Source: Eledone cirrhosa (taxonomy: Eukaryota). Taken from it: a DNA stretch of 64,000 nucleotides. The translations under genes were made by a program, and so were the position numbers. The stretch lies in the NCBI GenBank assembly GCA_964016885.1, contig OZ024745.1, forward strand, positions 104,346,001 to 104,410,000. The letters run 5' to 3'. The notes under the pieces are model-generated. The model was not told the DNA's origin and did not search any database. It was given only the letters and a program-made list of their open reading frames with translations. Below, piece after piece: positions 57,073-64,000 of the stretch (position 1 is its first letter; every line of letters begins with the position of its first letter).

Positions 57073-57079
57073 ACACACA

Positions 57080-57142
<63 letters not shown>

Positions 57143-57185
57143 TCACACACACACACACACACATTCACACACACACACACACACA

Positions 57186-57226
<41 letters not shown>

Positions 57227-57245
57227 TCACACACACACGCACACA
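56982..57245. repeat. (CA)n microsatellite
   Basis: Seen directly. Confidence 0.97.
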
Positions 57246-57339
57246 AGCACATGCACACAAATTTCGCTTGTCTGCTGGTGATGACGTCAAAGACAATCAC
57301 ACATCGAGTGGAAAAATCTGCATTATGTTTTTATCTAGA

Positions 57340-57555
57340 GAGCGATGGATTGGCAGAATCGGTAGAGCATCGGACAATATGCTTCGCAGCATAGAGTTAC
57401 GGTCCTTTATGTTCTCAGTTCAAATACCGCCGAGGTTAGCTTTGCCTTTCATCCTTACGGGGGACGATAAAATAAAGTACCAGTCACACACTGGGGTCGA
57501 TTTAATCGACTTTTCCTCCTTCAAAATTGCTGGCCTTGTGCTAAAATCAGACCAA
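57340..57555 (+). mobile_element. tRNA-derived SINE
   Basis: A/B boxes and the family core. Further plus-strand copies at 59735-59920 and 63478-63665. Confidence 0.85.
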
Positions 57556-57879
57556 TATTTTTTTACCTAGTTCTGGATTGGGTAATACATATTATGAAGT
57601 TACTAGGCTACTTCATCCAGAAAGAACGCTGGTGAATTATCCAAGATTACCTAAGTAATACTTGCAATTATTCTTTTACCTTTTGATTTCCAAGTAAGTT
57701 TTCTGTGTGACAGTTAGAGAATGATCTATGGAATTTTCTACAGGTAAATTTGTATTTGTGTTCAGAGCGTCACATCTAGCTGAATAAAGTATTATTTGTG
57801 AAGCTGTCATTACCTCATACAGCGTTGTTGTTTTTTTTTTCGGAGTTTCAAAGGATAAGTTAAAGAACTTTGATCTCTT

Positions 57880-58250
57880 TCTTACACAGAAACTAACAGT
57901 TCTTCATTCTCTTAAGTAAACAATCTTAGGACCATAATACGAATATTTTGAGGGTGACAACTTCCGAATAAAGAAGTCATGGAAAGGGCCGGTATGAATA
58001 ACCTACAGGATACTATCACTGTAAAACGATAGGAGATACTCGATCACGTGCTACGCATGTCCACGTAGAGATCAGTGAGATCTTCTCTCGGATGAAAGCC
58101 AGTTGGGGTGCATAAGAGGTGAGACTGACTTTTCAAGACTTGTTTGAGGACCTGGCAGATATGGGTTTGTCCTGAGAGCAATGTCAGAAAAGGGCTTGTG
58201 ACCGTTTTAGCCCCTCGCCACCCAATGCTGCAAAGGTAACTAACTAACAA
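57880..58250 (+). mobile_element. Degenerate RTE-like LINE 3' fragment
   Basis: Remnants resembling ILGHVLRM..KPVG..RLTF..DL..MG..DR. Confidence 0.4.
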
Positions 58251-58905
58251 AATAATCCTTTGATTTAGATGGGTTGTAACTCTATGTATTTTGGTCTTTG
58301 AGAAAATATTGATGATATATGTTTCTGTTTATACTGGAACAGATTTGATTATCGTTTATAATGTACTAAATTCAGTTATATTATTTGCTTCAACCTTCAA
58401 TATAGACTTGAATACGACACAATCCTCTTATTCTGCCCCATGACATTTATAGCATTTGGCGTAAGAAAAAAATCAAAAGCGATGATTTGGAAAGGACCAA
58501 AAAATGTTAAACTAAATACATTACAGTACTTAGTTTCATTCTTTTCCGTACTACGTTCAAATACATCATGAGTTGGCTTTGCTAATAACTTCTCATACAC
58601 GATAATAAAGCACATGAAATCGATTTAAACAACTACAAATCACGCCCATACAGAAATTTGGATTTGTGTTCAGTAAAATGCGATCGGTATCCTAGGTAAT
58701 TGATTTGCAACGGTTAAGCGTATTTCCTATCCATCCTCCACGAATTAAATAATTAATAAAAGAAGTGGCTTCTTTATAATCCTGTTTGTAACAACAGTTA
58801 AAGGAAAATTTCAAAATAAACAAGATTTTAATTTGCTGCATAAATGTGGCACAAGACAAACGAAGCATATTTGTAATAATGATTAATTAAGAAACATCAG
58901 CTTAC

Positions 58906-59093
58906 ATATAAATTACGAGTAATTTGAATGAGAGTTTCTGCTTCGTAGCTGATCTTTAGTATTTCATTAAGAATTTCATTCCGGTCTGTTAAATATGAAT
59001 TATTACCCAGTTCAGTGCTTGCGACGGGTGTTAATGTAGCCAGGAAAACAGTTGAAATAGTGATCAGAGTATATAGCAATACAGTTGAGAAAT
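58906..59093 (-). CDS. Helical-cytokine-like gene, exon 2 (signal peptide + helix A)
   Basis: Acceptor tttatttttattttcag, donor tat/gtaagc, phase 1 to 0. Encodes FSTVLLYTLITISTVFLATLTPVASTELGNNSYLTDRNEILNEILKISYEAETLIQITRNLY. Confidence 0.7.
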
Positions 59094-60417
59094 CTGAAAA
59101 TAAAAATAAAGAAACATTAGTGATTTGCTTTATCTTGTCATCATCTCAACATCACCTTAATCGTTCCTGCAAGTCTACACCCTCTCATGTGCAAAGAAGT
59201 AACTTTTCAATCGTGTAACAAAAGGGAAGCTCAAGACCCCCCCCCCCCCCCCCCACACACACACACTGACAACACTCCAACATAGGACACATCATTACAC
59301 GTGACTGGGGAATCGCTTTTATTACATATCTCGAGTTGACGCGACTATGTAAGCCATTTTTCTTTATCTATGCTGCGTAATGATAATCTAGGCCTGGAGA
59401 GGGTTGTATCTGCCAGGCTTAAAATGCCCAAGAAACGCCGTATGTTATGATGCCCCTACGACTCCACCAGGAGTTACGGGACTATACCATGCCATACCAA
59501 TGATAATCTAGTCCAATCTGTTTGAAAGGAAACCACTTATAGTAACAAAATAACCTTAATTCAATCATCTATAATTCACCAGTGAAACTAGATTGGTATG
59601 CTTTACCAAAACCAATTTACAATAAAACAAAATATTTGCAGGAGTTAATAATAGTATTGAAATCAAGTCGACAAACAAAAGTATCTGCGTTTAACAACTA
59701 AAACCTTTTTATATACAGTATTGTACGTGAATAGATGGATTGGCAGTATCGGTGGAGGGTCGGACGCCATGCTTTCCAGCATAGTTACGTCCCTTTTACG
59801 ATCTGAGTTCAAATCCCGCCGAGGTTGACTTTGCCTTTCATCCTTACGGGGTCGATAAAATAAAGTACCAGTAATGCACTGGGCAATTGCTGGCCTTGTG
59901 CCAAAAGTAGAAACAATTATTTATATAGAGCAATAATTATATCAAATTGCAACTGATTATTTACGGACATCGATTGAATTCAAACATTTGAATTCAAACA
60001 TTTAACGTATGCAAAGGTAGAGAGAAAATTCATTTATATTTACCCATATTTTGTCTTTTATATCCAAATGTCATTTAAAAATTATATATCGTTGGTCAAA
60101 TTGTCTTTTACGATCAAAATTCTATAGGTTATCTTTGCGATTGCAGAGTTAACTGTGCCAAAGTGTTTTCAACTGAATGATACATTTCGCCGGGTTATTT
60201 AGTCTTATATAGTAGAAAGAAATTCTCTTTATTTGAGATTTTCCCTTACATAAAGTTACCGAAAAAGGTAATCCCATACCCTAAACAAAACCGAAAATTT
60301 TATAATTTGAAGAAGCGGACGTGAACATGAATTGTTGGAAATCAGAATTTAGTGTGTAGTTTTTGTTTGTAAATTAACGTTGACATCCTGGAATTAGAAT
60401 CTGCAACTGGTACTTAC

Positions 60418-60427
60418 CATCAAGCAT
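60418..60427 (-). CDS. Helical-cytokine-like gene, exon 1 coding part (ATGCTTGATG)
   Basis: ATG CTT GAT G followed by a perfect gtaagt donor. Phase 1 joins exon 2 in frame (MLDD-FSTV). Confidence 0.55.
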
Positions 60428-60735
60428 ATTTAATTACCCTAATTATCATCAATCACATTTAATTATGTACATTAATGACTCTGACGAAAATATATTATTA
60501 GAATATTTTAATGTCCTCGAATTCCATAGAATCAATATTTGAAAATCATGTGGTCAGTGCTATTGAACAACCAGTAAGCGTTCTGTCTATTATATTCGCA
60601 ACGCAGTTTCGATTTCATGTGAAAAATATTAAAATTCCCTTACCAGGCTAATTCCATTAGAATTCCTTTAAAATACTAGAACTTTATGTCTGATTTCAAA
60701 GAAGCCAATATTTTTTTTACACGTATGTGTTGCAC

Positions 60736-63479
60736 ATTATATTATATTATATTATATTATATTATATTATATTATATTATATTATATTATATTATATTAT
60801 ATTATATTATATTATATATTATATTATATATTATATTATATTATATAATATTATATTATATTATATTATATTATATTATATTATATTATATTATATTATA
60901 TATTATATTATATTATATTATATTATATTATATTATATTATATTATATTATATTATATTATATTATATTATATTATATTATATTATATTATATTATATTA
61001 TATTATATTATATTATATTATATTATATTATATTATATTATATTATATTATATTATATTATATTATATTATATTATATTATATTATATTATATTATATTA
61101 TATTATATTATATTATATTATATTATATTATATTATATTATATTATATTATATTATATTATATTATATTATATTATATTATATTATATTATATTATATTA
61201 TATTATATTATATTATATTATATTATATTATATTATATTATATTATATTATATTATATTATATTATATTATATTATATTATATTATATTATATTATATTA
61301 TATTATATTATATTATATTATATTATATTATATTATATTATATTATATTATATTATATTATATTATATTATATTATATTATATTATATTATATTATATTA
61401 TATTATATTATATTATATTATATTATATTATATTATATTATATTATATTATATTATATTATATTATATTATATTATATTATATTATATTATATTATATTA
61501 TATTATATTATATTATATTATATTATATTATATTATATTATATTATATTATATTATATTATATTATATTATATTATATTATATTATATTATATTATATTA
61601 TATTATATTATATTATATTATATTATATTATATTATATTATATTATATTATATTATATTATATTATATTATATTATATTATATTATATTATATTATATTA
61701 TATTATATTATATTATATTATATTATATTATATTATATTATATTATATTATATTATATTATATTATATTATATTATATTATATTATATTATATTATATTA
61801 TATTATATTATATTATATTATATTATATTATATTATATTATATTATATTATATTATATTATATTATATTATATTATATTATATTATATTATATTATATTA
61901 TATTATATTATATTATATTATATTATATTATATTATATTATATTATATTATATTATATTATATTATATTATATTATATTATATTATATTATATTATATTA
62001 TATTATATTATATTATATTATATTATATTATATTATATTATATTATATTATATTATATTATATTATATTATATTATATTATATTATATTATATTATATTA
62101 TATTATATTATATTATATTATATTATATTATATTATATTATATTATATTATATTATATTATATTATATTATATTATATTATATTATATTATATTATATTA
62201 TATTATATTATATTATATTATATTATATTATATTATATTATATTATATTATATTATATTATATTATATTATATTATATTATATTATATTATATTATATTA
62301 TATTATATTATATTATATTATATTATATTATATTATATTATATTATATTATATTATATTATATTATATTATATTATATTATATTATATTATATTATATTA
62401 TATTATATTATATTATATTATATTATATTATATTATATTATATTATATTATATTATATTATATTATATTATATTATATTATATTATATTATATTATATTA
62501 TATTATATTATATTATATTATATTATATTATATTATATTATATTATATTATATTATATTATATTATATTATATTATATTATATTATATTATATTATATTA
62601 TATTATATTATATTATATTATATTATATTATATTATATTATATTATATTATATTATATTATATTATATTATATTATATTATATTATATTATATTATATTA
62701 TATTATATTATATTATATTATATTATATTATATTATATTATATTATATTATATTATATTATATTATATTATATTATATTATATTATATTATATTATATTA
62801 TATTATATTATATTATATTATATTATATTATATTATATTATATTATATTATATTATATTATATTATATTATATTATATTATATTATATTATATTATATTA
62901 TATTATATTATATTATATTATATTATATTATATTATATTATATTATATTATATTATATTATATTATATTATATTATATTATATTATATTATATTATATTA
63001 TATTATATTATATTATATTATATTATATTATATTATATTATATTATATTATATTATATTATATTATATTATATTATATTATATTATATTATATTATATTA
63101 TATTATATTATATTATATTATATTATATTATATTATATTATATTATATTATATTATATTATATTATATTATATTATATTATATTATATTATATTATATTA
63201 TATTATATTATATTATATTATATTATATTATATTATATTATATTATATTATATTATATTATATTATATTATATTATATTATATTATATTATATTATATTA
63301 TATTATATTATATTATATTATATTATATTATATTATATTATATTATATTATATTATATTATATTATATTATATTATATTATATTATATTATATTATATTA
63401 TATTATATTATATTATATTATATTATATTATATTATATTATATTATATTATATTATATTATATATTATATATTATATAT
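60736..63479. repeat. (TATTA)n pentanucleotide array, ~2.7 kb
   Basis: Near-perfect tandem pentamer. Confidence 0.98.
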
Positions 63480-63677
63480 GGTGATTGGCAGTATCAGTAG
63501 AGGGTCGGACGCCATGCTTTGACGTATAGAGTTATGGCCCTTGCCATTCTGAGTTCAAATCCCGCCGAGGTTAACTTTGCCTTTCATCCTTACGGGGTCG
63601 ATAAAATAAAGTACCAGTAATACACTGGGTAATTGCTGGCCTTGTGCCAAAAGTAGAAACAATTATATTATATTATA

Positions 63678-64000
63678 TTTGTTATGTTATGTTACGTTAT
63701 CTTATGTTATGTTATGTTATATTATATTATATTTTATTATATTATATTATATTTGTTATGTTATGTTATGTTATATTATATTATATTATATTTGTTATGT
63801 TATGTTATGTTATGTTATGTTACGTTACGTTACGTTATGTTATGTTATGTTATGTTATGTTATGTTATGTTATGTTATGTTGTTATGTTATGTTATGTTA
63901 TGTTATGTTATGTTATGTTATGTTATGTTATGTTATGTTATGTTATGTTATGTTATGTTATGTTATGTTATGTTATGTTATGTTATGTTATGTTATGTTA
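63678..64000. repeat. (TGTTA)n pentanucleotide array mixed with TATTA
   Basis: Seen directly. Confidence 0.97.

Noticed and set aside
60686-63522. 932 and 931 aa ORFs (YYIIL)n
   Set aside because: Translation of a stop-free (TATTA)n satellite, not a gene.

Overview
AT-rich eukaryotic (animal) genomic DNA, dominated by repeats. The SINE and microsatellite landscape suggests an octopus or other cephalopod (inference). Contents: (1) 3.0-24.7 kb is a head-to-tail array of degenerate Tx1-like (L1 clade) LINEs joined by (TAA)n tracts, lying in an intron of a minus-strand gene with a discoidin-like exon. (2) Relics of CRE, RTE and Penelope-like elements (PLEs), about 25 tRNA-derived Nin-domain-like SINEs, MITEs, and many micro- and minisatellites. 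(3) At least 7 intact type I hammerhead ribozyme (HHR) folds plus several decayed ones, mostly in short fold-back elements next to (TA)n, including a U3-A8 covariant core. (4) A hand-assembled 5-exon minus-strand gene (60427 to 46814; intron phases 1-0-0-0; 240 aa; signal peptide plus four amphipathic helices) that resembles a class-I long-chain helical cytokine (IL-6/LIF/CNTF/GH-like architecture) in an invertebrate. (5) An assembly gap at 45054-45253, flanked by a ~2 kb direct duplication. All calls were made by eye; no searches or folding programs were run.
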